Shown here: in pieces, positions 7,887 through 17,456 of the stretch
How the letters are laid out: each line of letters opens with the position of its first letter
How positions within the stretch are numbered: position 1 is the first letter of the stretch
Program-made: the position numbers and the translations under genes
Notes under the pieces: generated by a model
Told to the model about the DNA's origin: nothing
What the model saw: the letters and a program-made list of their open reading frames with translations, nothing else
The model's database searches: none
Assembly (NCBI GenBank): GCA_023481295.1
Contig: JAMCWF010000035.1
Coordinates: forward strand, 14,582 to 50,898
Direction of reading: 5' to 3'
Length of the DNA stretch: 36,317 nucleotides
DNA from: Armatimonadota bacterium
Lineage (GTDB): Bacteria; Armatimonadota; Chthonomonadetes; Chthonomonadales; JAMCWF01

Positions 7887-8459
7887 ATGAACCGAATAAA
7901 AAAGAGGATCTTATTTTCAATCCTTGTTTGCTGTTTTCTAGGAGGCATTATTTATCTTACAGGATGGGTTGGAGGGAGATTCGGTGGTTCAGTCAATGGA
8001 TTCCCGCAACAACTCGTCCCTAGAGTACTACACCTAACACCGCAGACAGTGCAGGTATGCCAGCAGCTCAATGCCTTTATTGGTGTTAGACCAGGTGTAG
8101 GACCACAGAAGACACATTATAACCGTCCGGAATTCGACAAACTTCTTTCATATATCTACTACCCCGACAAGTCACCTGGCGATTGGATGGTAAATGGTAC
8201 AGGGGTAGGCACATTATATTTTGTACATCTTCCGAAGAATGATCCTGCTTTAAGGCAGTATGAGAGGGCGTGGATGGTAAAAGTTGTAAACGATTTCATA
8301 GAACACCCTCTGCCGGTGATTCGGTGGGAAGCCGCACACATTGTGGATGTTCAACATTTGAAGAGGGCAGTTCCGGCATTGCAATCTGCGCTGAAAGTTG
8401 AGAAGAACCCTGTCGTAGCCAAAGAGATACGGGCCGCGATTAAGGCATGTAATAAATAG
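7887..8459 (+). CDS. N-terminally membrane-anchored HEAT/PBS-lyase-repeat protein
   Basis: Basic N-terminus plus hydrophobic helix ILFSILVCCFLGGIIYL. C-terminal HPLPVIRWEAAHIV...RAVPALQSAL..EKNPVVAKEIRAAI follows the HEAT pattern. Confidence 0.65.
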   Translation: MNRIKKRILFSILVCCFLGGIIYLTGWVGGRFGGSVNGFPQQLVPRVLHLTPQTVQVCQQLNAFIGVRPGVGPQKTHYNRPEFDKLLSYIYYPDKSPGDWMVNGTGVGTLYFVHLPKNDPALRQYERAWMVKVVNDFIEHPLPVIRWEAAHIVDVQHLKRAVPALQSALKVEKNPVVAKEIRAAIKACNK

Positions 8460-8469
8460 GTGCAACCGC

Positions 8470-9552
8470 ATGAAAAAGCCGTATGTTTTTATTATTTCAC
8501 AATTTTTCGAGCCAAACGTTGATGCGGTGATCTCCAGATTAAACCAACGCGGTGTGTCATATTTTCGATTAAACACCGAGACAATTCCACTAATTACGAC
8601 TATAAGTCTTTATGAAGGCGCCGAGGAATTATACACGATAATTTCATGTGATGGCAAGCAGGTTGACACGCGCTGCATTACATCGGTATGGCGACGCCGA
8701 AATGGAGAGTTCGTTTACCCGAACGTTTCATGCGCACAGGAACGTGGGTTTATCAGGCACGAATCCGCCAGCATGCTTCACGGTGCTTTTGAAAGTATGC
8801 GTTGTTCATGGGTTAATCATTTTATGAGTGATTACCGAGCAAATGTAAAACCTTATCAATATGAGATAGCAAAGCAGGTTGGACTGACGGTTTCGCGAAC
8901 ACTAATCACCAATGATCCCGATGCGGTTAAAGAATTCGCAAGATCTTTGCCAGTGCCAGTGTTGTTTAAACCTGTTATTGGGTTAACGACCGGCGGGCCA
9001 CCCAATTTTTCGGCTGAAATCCAAGCCACGTATGATGGTAAATTCAATATCCCACCTGCTATACCGGAATCCCGTGGCTCGGAAGTTAGGGCATTATTCT
9101 CTCAAGTCTTAGACGATGATAAAATTAAACACCTTAATACTATCGCTGGTTGCCCAGCAATATTCCAAGAATATATAAAAAAGCGTGTCGAAATACGAAT
9201 TACAATTATTGGTAACGATATGTTCCCAGTAGAAATACATTCTCAGGATCGTGAAGATACTAAAGTTGATTTTCGTGCGCAAACTCTGCTAGAAACCTCT
9301 CAATTTCTTCACCATGAGGTCCATAAGTTGCCTGATGATATCAGTGCTAAACTTATGAAATTGATGAAAGAATTAAACCTTGTTTTTGGATGCGTAGATA
9401 TGATATTAACACCGAATGGTGAATATGTTTTTTTAGAAGTAAATACGGCCGGTCAATGGGGATGGATTGAGCACTTAACCGGATTAAAGATCACCGATGC
9501 GTTAACTGATTTGCTCATCCGAGGATCAATAGATTCAGAATATAACGTATGA
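8470..9552 (+). CDS. MvdC/MvdD-family ATP-grasp RiPP maturase (graspetide synthetase)
   Basis: FRLNTE; SVWRRR; WVNH...ANVKPYQYEIAKQVGL..SRTLITND; CPAIFQEYIKKRVEIRITIIG; IHSQ...VDFR; FGCVDMILTPNGEYVFLEVNTAGQWGWIE. Confidence 0.9.
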   Translation: MKKPYVFIISQFFEPNVDAVISRLNQRGVSYFRLNTETIPLITTISLYEGAEELYTIISCDGKQVDTRCITSVWRRRNGEFVYPNVSCAQERGFIRHESASMLHGAFESMRCSWVNHFMSDYRANVKPYQYEIAKQVGLTVSRTLITNDPDAVKEFARSLPVPVLFKPVIGLTTGGPPNFSAEIQATYDGKFNIPPAIPESRGSEVRALFSQVLDDDKIKHLNTIAGCPAIFQEYIKKRVEIRITIIGNDMFPVEIHSQDREDTKVDFRAQTLLETSQFLHHEVHKLPDDISAKLMKLMKELNLVFGCVDMILTPNGEYVFLEVNTAGQWGWIEHLTGLKITDALTDLLIRGSIDSEYNV

Positions 9553-9577
9553 CATCCTTTGCGTAAGATAAGCCAAT

Positions 9578-11239
9578 ATGAAAGAATCCAATAATAAAAT
9601 TTTTGAGTCTAAGCAATTAGATCCAGTTGAAGGAAATAATGTCAAAAATAATGTTACGGTGAAAGCACCCGACAAGGCAGAAAGGGCTGCCGATCTTATC
9701 GTCTGTACCGGCATTTTAGCTTACGCTGTATTCTACGGGTTTCTATCAGTAAGACGGGTAATCCGATTAGAAGCCGGCGCCTTCGATCTCGGAATTTATG
9801 ACCAAGCAATCTGGCAAATAGCCCATTTTCAGCATCTATTCAGCACCGTGCGGGGGATGAACCTTTTCGGCGATCATTTCACTCCAATTCTATTTCTATT
9901 GGCTCCATTGTACTGGTTCTTCCCGGAGCCGCAGGGGTTGGTCGTTTTTCAAGCCATCGCGCTAGCCCTTGGTGCATGGCCGATATACCGAATTGCCCGG
10001 CGGCATTCTGTATCTCCTTTCCTGGCTACCGGACTTGCTCTATCTTACTTGATGGCGCCGGCCCTTGCCTATCCTCCCCTCTTCGACTTTCATCCGAACG
10101 TGCTCGCCGCACCCTTGTTGTTATTTGCAATCGATTCGGTGGAACGTGAAAACTACCGAATATTTGTAGTTTGGATAACGCTGGCTTTGCTATGTCGCCA
10201 AGACATTGCTTTAAGTGTGGCGGTGCTTGGGTTGGCTATCATCCTAAGAACCTTCTCGATTCGAGGAAATAATCATTATCATGATGAACCCGATCTCATA
10301 AACGATCAACGAGTGGCAAGACGCCGACGCGCTCGATTCATAGCGGGTATCTTAACGATGCTGGCCGGTATTTTATGGTTAATGGGCAGTATGTATATGA
10401 TTACCCTGGTATCCGGTCATGTGACAGGTTATGTTGCTCTCTATAGTCATTTCGGTCGTACACCGCTTCAGATCATTGAAAACGTTACACTGCATCCAAT
10501 CCGAACGATTTCCTATGTTTCCAATCCTGCAACGGCTGATTTTATATTACAACTTATTCTACCAACCGCTGGTCTTTGTCTTTTGTGCCCAGAAATATTA
10601 ATGGTGACGCTTCCAGAACTTGCAATGGATATTCTTAGTGACCGCTGGATTATGCAGACGATTCGCGCTCAATATACCCCGGCAATTCTTCCATTTGTTT
10701 ATGCAGCGGCCGCCGTTGGTTTAGGACGTTTGATGGCGGCGCTACACCGTTTTGAACTGGTTCCACAAATAACCGAGTCATTGGCGGGCCTGATTTTTGT
10801 TCTGTTAGTAGGTTTCTGTTTTTGGAGTTACGGCCCCAGGGACATCTTTCATGAAATTTGGTCCGGTTATTTGACTGAAACCGTGTTGCAAGAGCGGGAA
10901 GCATTACTGTCCAAAATACCGGCAGCGGCTTCAGTATCCGCTGGTTGGGACTTTGTGGTCCCGCTCGATCATCGGAATCAAATCTATATGTTTCCAAATC
11001 CATTCATTAAGGCTTGGTATGGACCCGGAACCGCAGTTATCCGACAAGAGGATTTGAACTATCACCCCCCGCTACCGACAAAATTAAAACCCTTGTTGGC
11101 AAAGCACCCAATAGATTATATCGTAGCAACCGACTCAGGCCAGTATAAATCGTTGCTTAAAGCAGCAGTTAAATATGGTTTATATAAGATCGTATCTAGA
11201 AAAGGCAAGATGATTATACTGAAACGATCCAATCAATGA
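9578..11239 (+). CDS. DUF2079 polytopic membrane protein (GT-C/PMT-like putative glycosyltransferase)
   Basis: FDLGIYDQAIW; GDHFTPILFLLAPLY; FDFHP; many TM helices; C-terminal IPAAASVSA...L.HR.QIY.FP. Confidence 0.85.
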   Translation: MKESNNKIFESKQLDPVEGNNVKNNVTVKAPDKAERAADLIVCTGILAYAVFYGFLSVRRVIRLEAGAFDLGIYDQAIWQIAHFQHLFSTVRGMNLFGDHFTPILFLLAPLYWFFPEPQGLVVFQAIALALGAWPIYRIARRHSVSPFLATGLALSYLMAPALAYPPLFDFHPNVLAAPLLLFAIDSVERENYRIFVVWITLALLCRQDIALSVAVLGLAIILRTFSIRGNNHYHDEPDLINDQRVARRRRARFIAGILTMLAGILWLMGSMYMITLVSGHVTGYVALYSHFGRTPLQIIENVTLHPIRTISYVSNPATADFILQLILPTAGLCLLCPEILMVTLPELAMDILSDRWIMQTIRAQYTPAILPFVYAAAAVGLGRLMAALHRFELVPQITESLAGLIFVLLVGFCFWSYGPRDIFHEIWSGYLTETVLQEREALLSKIPAAASVSAGWDFVVPLDHRNQIYMFPNPFIKAWYGPGTAVIRQEDLNYHPPLPTKLKPLLAKHPIDYIVATDSGQYKSLLKAAVKYGLYKIVSRKGKMIILKRSNQ

Positions 11240-11475
11240 TCGAAGGGGGCATCAGATACGTCTGTTATCAATCATAGGGTATAAAGTTATGGGGCACTAG
11301 AGTTCTCCTCCCCGCCATCTTATGTTGCTATTATCCCTTATAATCTCAATTTATCTCAATGCTTTTTATTATAGGTTTTTCGGACAGGCTCCTCGCCTCC
11401 ATTTTCGTCCCAATTAATGGTAGAGCGCATCGTGCCATTCCGGGTGACATAGATATCGGCAATATCCTGTTGAAC

Positions 11476-12615
11476 CTACTCAGCGTCACCGGAAAATGAG
11501 TTGCCGATCCAAGAGCTGATGGACCAACCAGGATACTTGCGGGCATACGATTGGAGCGTGTAATATGCCGGCACCGGTTTGCCGTCCTGGGTGAGGCTCA
11601 TACCGTCGTGACCCATACCGATCGTATACCAGAAGACACGCCGCATGACGCCCGATCGCCGCGCTCTCTCGAGGACCTGTCTCAGGTAATTTGACTGCTT
11701 CGCGGGCGAAACCTGGCAGGAGGGATTTTGGTTGGTTGAGTTGATGTTCCAGCCGAACTCGGTCACCCAGATCGGCTTGTCAGCCTGATCGTGAGCGGCC
11801 ATCACGTCGTGAATCGTGCGCCAAACCTGATCGAAGGAGGGATTTGGGTGATCGGACGATGGGCTTTGCCAGCAAGGGTAATAATGAAAGTTGGCAAAAT
11901 CGAAATCGTTGCCATAGCCATGGTTGTAGATCCATTCGTAAAAGCTACGGAAATGACCCAGGTCGAGCCACCACATGCCTTGAAAGCCAACGAGCGCAGC
12001 CGGATTCGCAGCACGGATGGCCCTTGCGGCCGCCGCCAGCACCGGGCCGTAGTATTTGGGCTGCCGGCATGGGAGTGAGTTTTCCCAGTATCCGCCCCAG
12101 TAGTTGTCGTACTCCTCATTTCCAACCTCGAAAGCGTCAATCTTGCCATGCCCATGCTTGCCGTCATAGCGGGTGGCGACGGCACCGGCGTAAGCCGCCA
12201 TCTGCTGCGGACCGGCGAAGAGGCGTTTGCCATCACACACCTGGGTCTTCGCCCAGTTCGGCGCGTCTTGTAGCGGAAAACTAACCTTCAACCCCGCCTG
12301 ATTGGCGATCTGGACGACTTTGTCGAGTTCGGTCCAGTGAAAATGGCCTCTCTCCGGCTCGATGGTCTGCCAGTCCCGCTGGTAGCGAATCCAGCCGACG
12401 CCGGCCGCTTTGATCTGCTGCACCGTCTTTGACGTCAGCCCCCAGACCGAAAAGCCATAGGGATTGCCGACCCCGGCCGCCGCCCGACCCCTCTCCGCCC
12501 TGGCATCTCCAACCCAGTTGGGCGCCAAAAAGAGGACAGCCGCAAGGCACAAAATCACCTTCTTGATGTCAATCCTTCCAACCATGATCGCCACCGTTTC
12601 ATACCAAAAACGCAT
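11476..12615 (-). CDS. Secreted clan GH-A glycoside hydrolase (GH39/GH5-like)
   Basis: Signal peptide; WQTIEPERGHFHW; FEVGNEE (acid/base); NFHYY; IWVTEFGW (nucleophile); VFWY. The true start may be slightly downstream. Confidence 0.82.
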   Translation of the reverse strand: MRFWYETVAIMVGRIDIKKVILCLAAVLFLAPNWVGDARAERGRAAAGVGNPYGFSVWGLTSKTVQQIKAAGVGWIRYQRDWQTIEPERGHFHWTELDKVVQIANQAGLKVSFPLQDAPNWAKTQVCDGKRLFAGPQQMAAYAGAVATRYDGKHGHGKIDAFEVGNEEYDNYWGGYWENSLPCRQPKYYGPVLAAAARAIRAANPAALVGFQGMWWLDLGHFRSFYEWIYNHGYGNDFDFANFHYYPCWQSPSSDHPNPSFDQVWRTIHDVMAAHDQADKPIWVTEFGWNINSTNQNPSCQVSPAKQSNYLRQVLERARRSGVMRRVFWYTIGMGHDGMSLTQDGKPVPAYYTLQSYARKYPGWSISSWIGNSFSGDAE

Positions 12616-12724
12616 CAGTATCGTCCGGTACTATTCGTAAACTCGTTGCCTTACGCAAAGGCGCAGTACACACGGTCATACCAAGACATTGCATGTAGCT
12701 ACAATCGTTTGAAAGCCATTGTTT

Positions 12725-13513
12725 TCAATAAGTCTGCAAGATCGCGCCTTTAGGCAGTTTCAGGTCGAAAGTTTTTGAAGGGATCGGTTGATTGATCTGA
12801 TCGCTCACGACCCATTCGCGTATGATGGAGCGCTGACTGACTGTTTGAGTAAGATAATGATGATTCTTTTGTGGAATGAGCACTTTTACGGGAGCAGGGG
12901 GAAGCTTAAGCGATATTTTCATCAACAGATGGGTTTGCTTGTCGATCCACATTTTCAAAACGGCTCCGGCGTTTTGGTGGATCATTTTCAGCGAGCCTTT
13001 AACTACAGAGCAATCACTTCCATTCAACTTTTCACTCCCAACCAACGTTAGGGAACCGATATTGGGCGGTAAAGCACCCTCCAGGGCTAAGAGCAAGTTG
13101 TCAGGAATGGGTTCTATTACTCTCGCCTCCCCTGAAAGCAAGCCATAGAGGGCTTGTGGCGTGCTCGGCGCCGGATACCGTCTATAGAGGCTGTGCAAGC
13201 CATAATAGACGATGACCTGGCTTCCGTCGGAAGCGATAGTAGTCGAGCCGGCAATCGGATTTTGCAAAACCAATAGGAGGTGATTGGGAGGTTGCCAGAT
13301 TATCCGTGATGAGTTTGCAATGATCGTTACCTTGTTCCCAGTTACGGTGTATGTTTCGGCATTGCCCACCAATTGAAGGGATTGCACGCTTCGATAGGTG
13401 GCCAGCATCTGGTTCACGATATCCTGTGCAGTCTGTCCACAGGCCATTATGGGCTGCAGCAGAGCGAAGGCAACCGCAGCGACGAGTTCGATCCGTTTTA
13501 GTCGTTCGTTCAA
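12725..13513 (-). CDS. Exported LolA-like / DUF2092 fold protein
   Basis: Signal peptide; WQPPNHL; SDGSQV.VY; GSEKLNG..C.VV; MWIDKQTHLL; NQPIPSKTF. The TTG start overlaps the upstream stop. Confidence 0.7.
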   Translation of the reverse strand: MNERLKRIELVAAVAFALLQPIMACGQTAQDIVNQMLATYRSVQSLQLVGNAETYTVTGNKVTIIANSSRIIWQPPNHLLLVLQNPIAGSTTIASDGSQVIVYYGLHSLYRRYPAPSTPQALYGLLSGEARVIEPIPDNLLLALEGALPPNIGSLTLVGSEKLNGSDCSVVKGSLKMIHQNAGAVLKMWIDKQTHLLMKISLKLPPAPVKVLIPQKNHHYLTQTVSQRSIIREWVVSDQINQPIPSKTFDLKLPKGAILQTY

Positions 13514-14415
13514 CTCTGTGGCTCCTGAATGATTTCATGGGTGCCTGGTTTGGGGATGTATCGAAAGGCATCCGGCGGAAATGGTGGATTTGCGACCACG
13601 GCGGAGAAAGTCTCATCGGTTTTAAGGATGATTGAGCGTGACTGTGCAGCCGGAGTTCCTGAAGCAGGCGCCCACTCGAGATCGTGAGTAACTCTCAATA
13701 AGCAATAGGTCTGCTGGTCTACGTAGGCAGTGACGATCGCCTTCATCAGCCGATAGCCTTTATTTGGGAGGCCGGCCGCTTTTGCGATGGATTGCAACCA
13801 AGATGTCGAGATGTCGCTTCGGATGACCAGCGCTTTGCGCCCGTTGACTTGGGAGCTTCCAGCCAAGACTGGATGCGCGATCTCCATAGGAATGTTAGTG
13901 TTAGCCATAAATACGATCGCATCGAGGAGCTGTGGAGCGTCATGAGTGATCTTTGCGCAAACTTCCTCCAGCGTTTTCGGCGCCACCTCGCGCGTGTAGC
14001 TGTCATGGGCGCCATAGTAGTAGGCGATGGTATTTCCGTCACATTCAACCAGTATCTCACCTTCCTGGGGGTCATTGCTCTTTAAATAGACTCGATTGGG
14101 GCGTTGAAATCGGAATACCGTCGTTTGATAATATGGCACGGCCGATGCGAAGCCCAGTTGGATTTTAGCGCTGGACTGGGATTGAAAGCTGTTTAACTTA
14201 TGATAAGCGGCGCTAACGCGATTCAGTATGATGCGTGGATCGCTCGTGGGAGGATAATTTTGAATCGGCATTTGGTAGCCGCTGAAGGTTATTTTGGCAT
14301 CGCGAGCGGTGGTCACTTTCAAATCGGGTTTTGACTGATGGCAACCAGCCATGCTAATCAGTAGCACCGCAAGAAGCGGATAAGCCAATGCCAATCGGCA
14401 CCATTTTACCGTCAT
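13510..14415 (-). CDS. LolA-like / DUF2092 lipoprotein
   Basis: Lipobox MAGC; FQRPNRV; CDGNTI.YY; YVDQQTYCL; NPPFPPDAFRYIP.PG. Confidence 0.72.
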   Translation of the reverse strand: MTVKWCRLALAYPLLAVLLISMAGCHQSKPDLKVTTARDAKITFSGYQMPIQNYPPTSDPRIILNRVSAAYHKLNSFQSQSSAKIQLGFASAVPYYQTTVFRFQRPNRVYLKSNDPQEGEILVECDGNTIAYYYGAHDSYTREVAPKTLEEVCAKITHDAPQLLDAIVFMANTNIPMEIAHPVLAGSSQVNGRKALVIRSDISTSWLQSIAKAAGLPNKGYRLMKAIVTAYVDQQTYCLLRVTHDLEWAPASGTPAAQSRSIILKTDETFSAVVANPPFPPDAFRYIPKPGTHEIIQEPQS

Positions 14416-14914
14416 AGTGGGTAAACTTCCTTCATCAATTGGTGTTGCTGCCCCCTACCGGGAATTCACAGCCCCTTATCTGGAGTATAACCGAGATTCA
14501 GTGTACCGGTCAAATTTATGAATGCTTTGTTCATCGCCCCATTTGAAATCGTACATTTCTTTGGGTCAAGATGATCGCCATTATCATTGTTGCCAATCGT
14601 TTGATCTTTCTTTATGGGACAAGCTCTGAGTCAAGTTCCCACCTACTTGTTGCACAACTCGTGCCAATAAGCGGAACAAGAAACCCTGTCAGGCAACTCG
14701 GTCACAAAACCGACGATTGTCTCGCTGAGATGGGAATTGAACCAGTACCGGTGTTAAGTGGGCAGACCAGAGCAGGGGTATGATATGGTTATTCCCGGCA
14801 TTCATAGGGTGTAGCGCGATCCACATCACCATTCGGGAGAATGCGTGGGGGGCATAGGGAAATTTTCTACATTCAGGTTATTCGGACCGTTACGATGAAG
14901 GAGGCAAGCATATC

Positions 14915-16093
14915 GTGATATCAAGAGCGAAGCGGTTGGATCGAATCCCGCCCTATCTTTTTGGTGAGATTGCAGCCGCCAAGCGAAAAGCATTCGCCGA
15001 GGGGATGGATGTGATAGACCTTGGAATTGGGGATCCGGATCGTCCGACTCCATCGGATATCATTGAGGAGCTGGATCGGGCTGCACATGATCCGATTACC
15101 CACCGATATGACGAATCGCCGGCCGGCGAACCGGTATTTTTGCAGGCGGTGGCGGACTGGTATCGGAAGCGATTTGGGGTGGAGTTGGATCCCGGCTCGG
15201 AGGTGCTGCTATTGATCGGCTCCAAAGAGGGACTGGCGCATACCGCGTGGACTTTCATTGATCGGGGAGACATTTCGCTCGTTCCTGATCCGGCCTATAC
15301 CGTATATAAGGTTGGAACGTGGCTGGCCGACGGAGAGGTCTATCCCTTGCCACTGCGAAAGGAAAACGGATTTCTGCCGGTACTGGATGAGGTGGCACCT
15401 GAAGTTGCAAATAAGGCGAAACTACTCTGGCTCAATTATCCCAATAATCCGACCGGTGCAGTGGCCAATGAAGCGTTTTATCGGCAAGCGGTGGAGTTTG
15501 CACACCGCTATCAGTTACTGATTATCAGTGATTTGGCCTACTCCGAATGTGCGTACGACGGCTATCGTCCGCCCTCCATTTTGCAGACAGAGGGCGCCAA
15601 AGAGGTTGCCATCGAGCTTCACTCGCTCTCGAAAATGTTTAATATGACCGGCTGGCGCATCGCGATGGCGGTCGGCAACGGGGAAGCGCTTTCACATTTG
15701 AATAAGCTGAAATCGAACGTGGACAGTAAGCAGTTTTCAGCCATATCACGGGCGGCTGCCTACGCCATTCGCCACGGGGATAACTCGGAGACGATCGAGC
15801 TCTACCGACATCGGCGCAATATATTGGTTGCCGGACTTAAATCGCTGGGCTGGCCGGTTGAGCCGCCGAAAGCGACCTTTTATGTCTGGACTCCCACTCC
15901 AAGTGGAGAAAGCTCCATTGCCTTCGCCAAGCGTCTGCTGGAGCGGGCTGGCGTGCTGGTAATCCCGGGAATCGGCTATGGAAACTATGGAGAGGGATAT
16001 GTCCGAATGTCGCTCACCGTGCCAGGAGATCAAAACGGCGAGCGATTGACTGAGGTGGTGAAACGTTTGGAGGCCAACGTCCCTTATTGCTGA
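14915..16093 (+). CDS. dapL: LL-diaminopimelate aminotransferase (class I/II PLP enzyme)
   Basis: IPPYLF; DLGIGDPD; LIGSKEGLAH; NYPNNPTG; DLAY; SLSKMFNMTGWRI (PLP lysine); PG.GYG.YGEGYVR. Confidence 0.82.
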   Translation: MISRAKRLDRIPPYLFGEIAAAKRKAFAEGMDVIDLGIGDPDRPTPSDIIEELDRAAHDPITHRYDESPAGEPVFLQAVADWYRKRFGVELDPGSEVLLLIGSKEGLAHTAWTFIDRGDISLVPDPAYTVYKVGTWLADGEVYPLPLRKENGFLPVLDEVAPEVANKAKLLWLNYPNNPTGAVANEAFYRQAVEFAHRYQLLIISDLAYSECAYDGYRPPSILQTEGAKEVAIELHSLSKMFNMTGWRIAMAVGNGEALSHLNKLKSNVDSKQFSAISRAAAYAIRHGDNSETIELYRHRRNILVAGLKSLGWPVEPPKATFYVWTPTPSGESSIAFAKRLLERAGVLVIPGIGYGNYGEGYVRMSLTVPGDQNGERLTEVVKRLEANVPYC

Positions 16094-16130
16094 TGAAATG
16101 TAAAATCGAAAGCGATGAATTGATCTACAA

Positions 16131-17456
16131 ATGAAAACATCCGGTCATACGGTTGGGAACGTAGAGCGGGCACTGGTGGTTTGCGTAGAAAGCGATGAGG
16201 CCGTTGAACCCTATAGCATGAATGAGCTGATCTCACTGGCAACGATGGCCGGCGCGGAGGTGGTGGGAGCTCTACATCAGCACCGATCCCAGTCGGTCAG
16301 CGCGTTTTATGTGGGACGGGGCAAGGCGGAGGAAATATTTATGGTTGTAAAGGAGTTGGGTGTGGATCTGGTGATCGTGGACTGTGAGCTATCTCCAACC
16401 CAGCAGCGGAATTTGCAGGATATAACGGAGTGCCGGGTCATTGATCGAACCCAGCTCATTTTGGATATTTTTGCCCAGCGCGCTCATACTCGTGAGGGTA
16501 AACTTCAGGTCGAACTGGCGCGGAATACCTATCTACTACCGCGCATTTCAAATCTCTACACTCGGTTCGAGCGGCAGCAGGGTGGCATCGGAATCCGCGG
16601 TGGGTTCGGTGAGACGAAACTGGAAACCGACCGCCGTAAATTAAGGGATCGCATCGCTGAGCTGGGCGAGGAACTAGCCGAGGTCCGCAGCCAGCGCCGT
16701 CAACAGAGGGCGCTCCGACGTAAATTGCCGTTCCCGACCGCCGCCCTGGTGGGCTATACCAGCTCCGGCAAATCCACCCTGCTAAACGTCCTATCGGGAT
16801 CTGATGTCTATGCGGATCCCAAGCTGTTCGCCACGCTTGACCCCACGACCCGACGCGTTGCTTTGCCGGACGGCTGGGCGCTGCTGTTGACCGATACGGT
16901 TGGTTTTATCCGCAACTTACCCTTAGATCTGGTGGCCGCCTTCCGGGCGACGCTTGAGGAGGTGGTTGAAGCCGACATACTGGTTCATGTAGTGGATGTT
17001 TCACATCCGATGCGTGAGCTGCAGTGCCAAGTTGTGATCCAGATTCTCGATGAGCTGGGTGCCGGCGGCAAGCCCATCATCACCGTGTATAACAAGAGTG
17101 ACCAGGTTGAAGACGCCTCCAGCCTGAGAGAACTGGTCGCCGACACTCCGAACTCAGTCTATCTCTCGGCACTCAAGGCGGAGGGGATCAGTTACCTGAT
17201 GGATAGGGTCACCAAGACATTGAAGTCGCTACTGGTCCCGGTGTTGATAAAAATACCCTACCATCGCAGCGACCTGGTGGCGCAATGCTATGAGTACGGT
17301 CGAGTGATCCGAGCCGAGTATCAAGATGAGGCAATCATCGTCGAGGCGCAAGTAACCCACGAGTTCGCAGGTTGGTGCAGCCAGTACCGGATTGACTTGG
17401 CAAAGCGGGGAAGCGCGCCGCGGAAAAGAGTCAATAGGACAGGGAGCGAAACTTGA
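16131..17456 (+). CDS. hflX: Ribosome-splitting GTPase HflX
   Basis: LSPTQQRNL; IDRTQLILDIFAQRA.T.EGKLQVELA; GETKLETDRR; GYTSSGKS; LFATLDPT; DTVGF; NKSD. Confidence 0.97.
   Translation: MKTSGHTVGNVERALVVCVESDEAVEPYSMNELISLATMAGAEVVGALHQHRSQSVSAFYVGRGKAEEIFMVVKELGVDLVIVDCELSPTQQRNLQDITECRVIDRTQLILDIFAQRAHTREGKLQVELARNTYLLPRISNLYTRFERQQGGIGIRGGFGETKLETDRRKLRDRIAELGEELAEVRSQRRQQRALRRKLPFPTAALVGYTSSGKSTLLNVLSGSDVYADPKLFATLDPTTRRVALPDGWALLLTDTVGFIRNLPLDLVAAFRATLEEVVEADILVHVVDVSHPMRELQCQVVIQILDELGAGGKPIITVYNKSDQVEDASSLRELVADTPNSVYLSALKAEGISYLMDRVTKTLKSLLVPVLIKIPYHRSDLVAQCYEYGRVIRAEYQDEAIIVEAQVTHEFAGWCSQYRIDLAKRGSAPRKRVNRTGSET

Noticed and set aside
7566-7948. Minus-strand ORFs 7566..7787 and 7727..7948 as alternative precursors
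   Set aside because: They are antisense to the operon, lack D/E/S/T cores, and oppose the promoter orientation.
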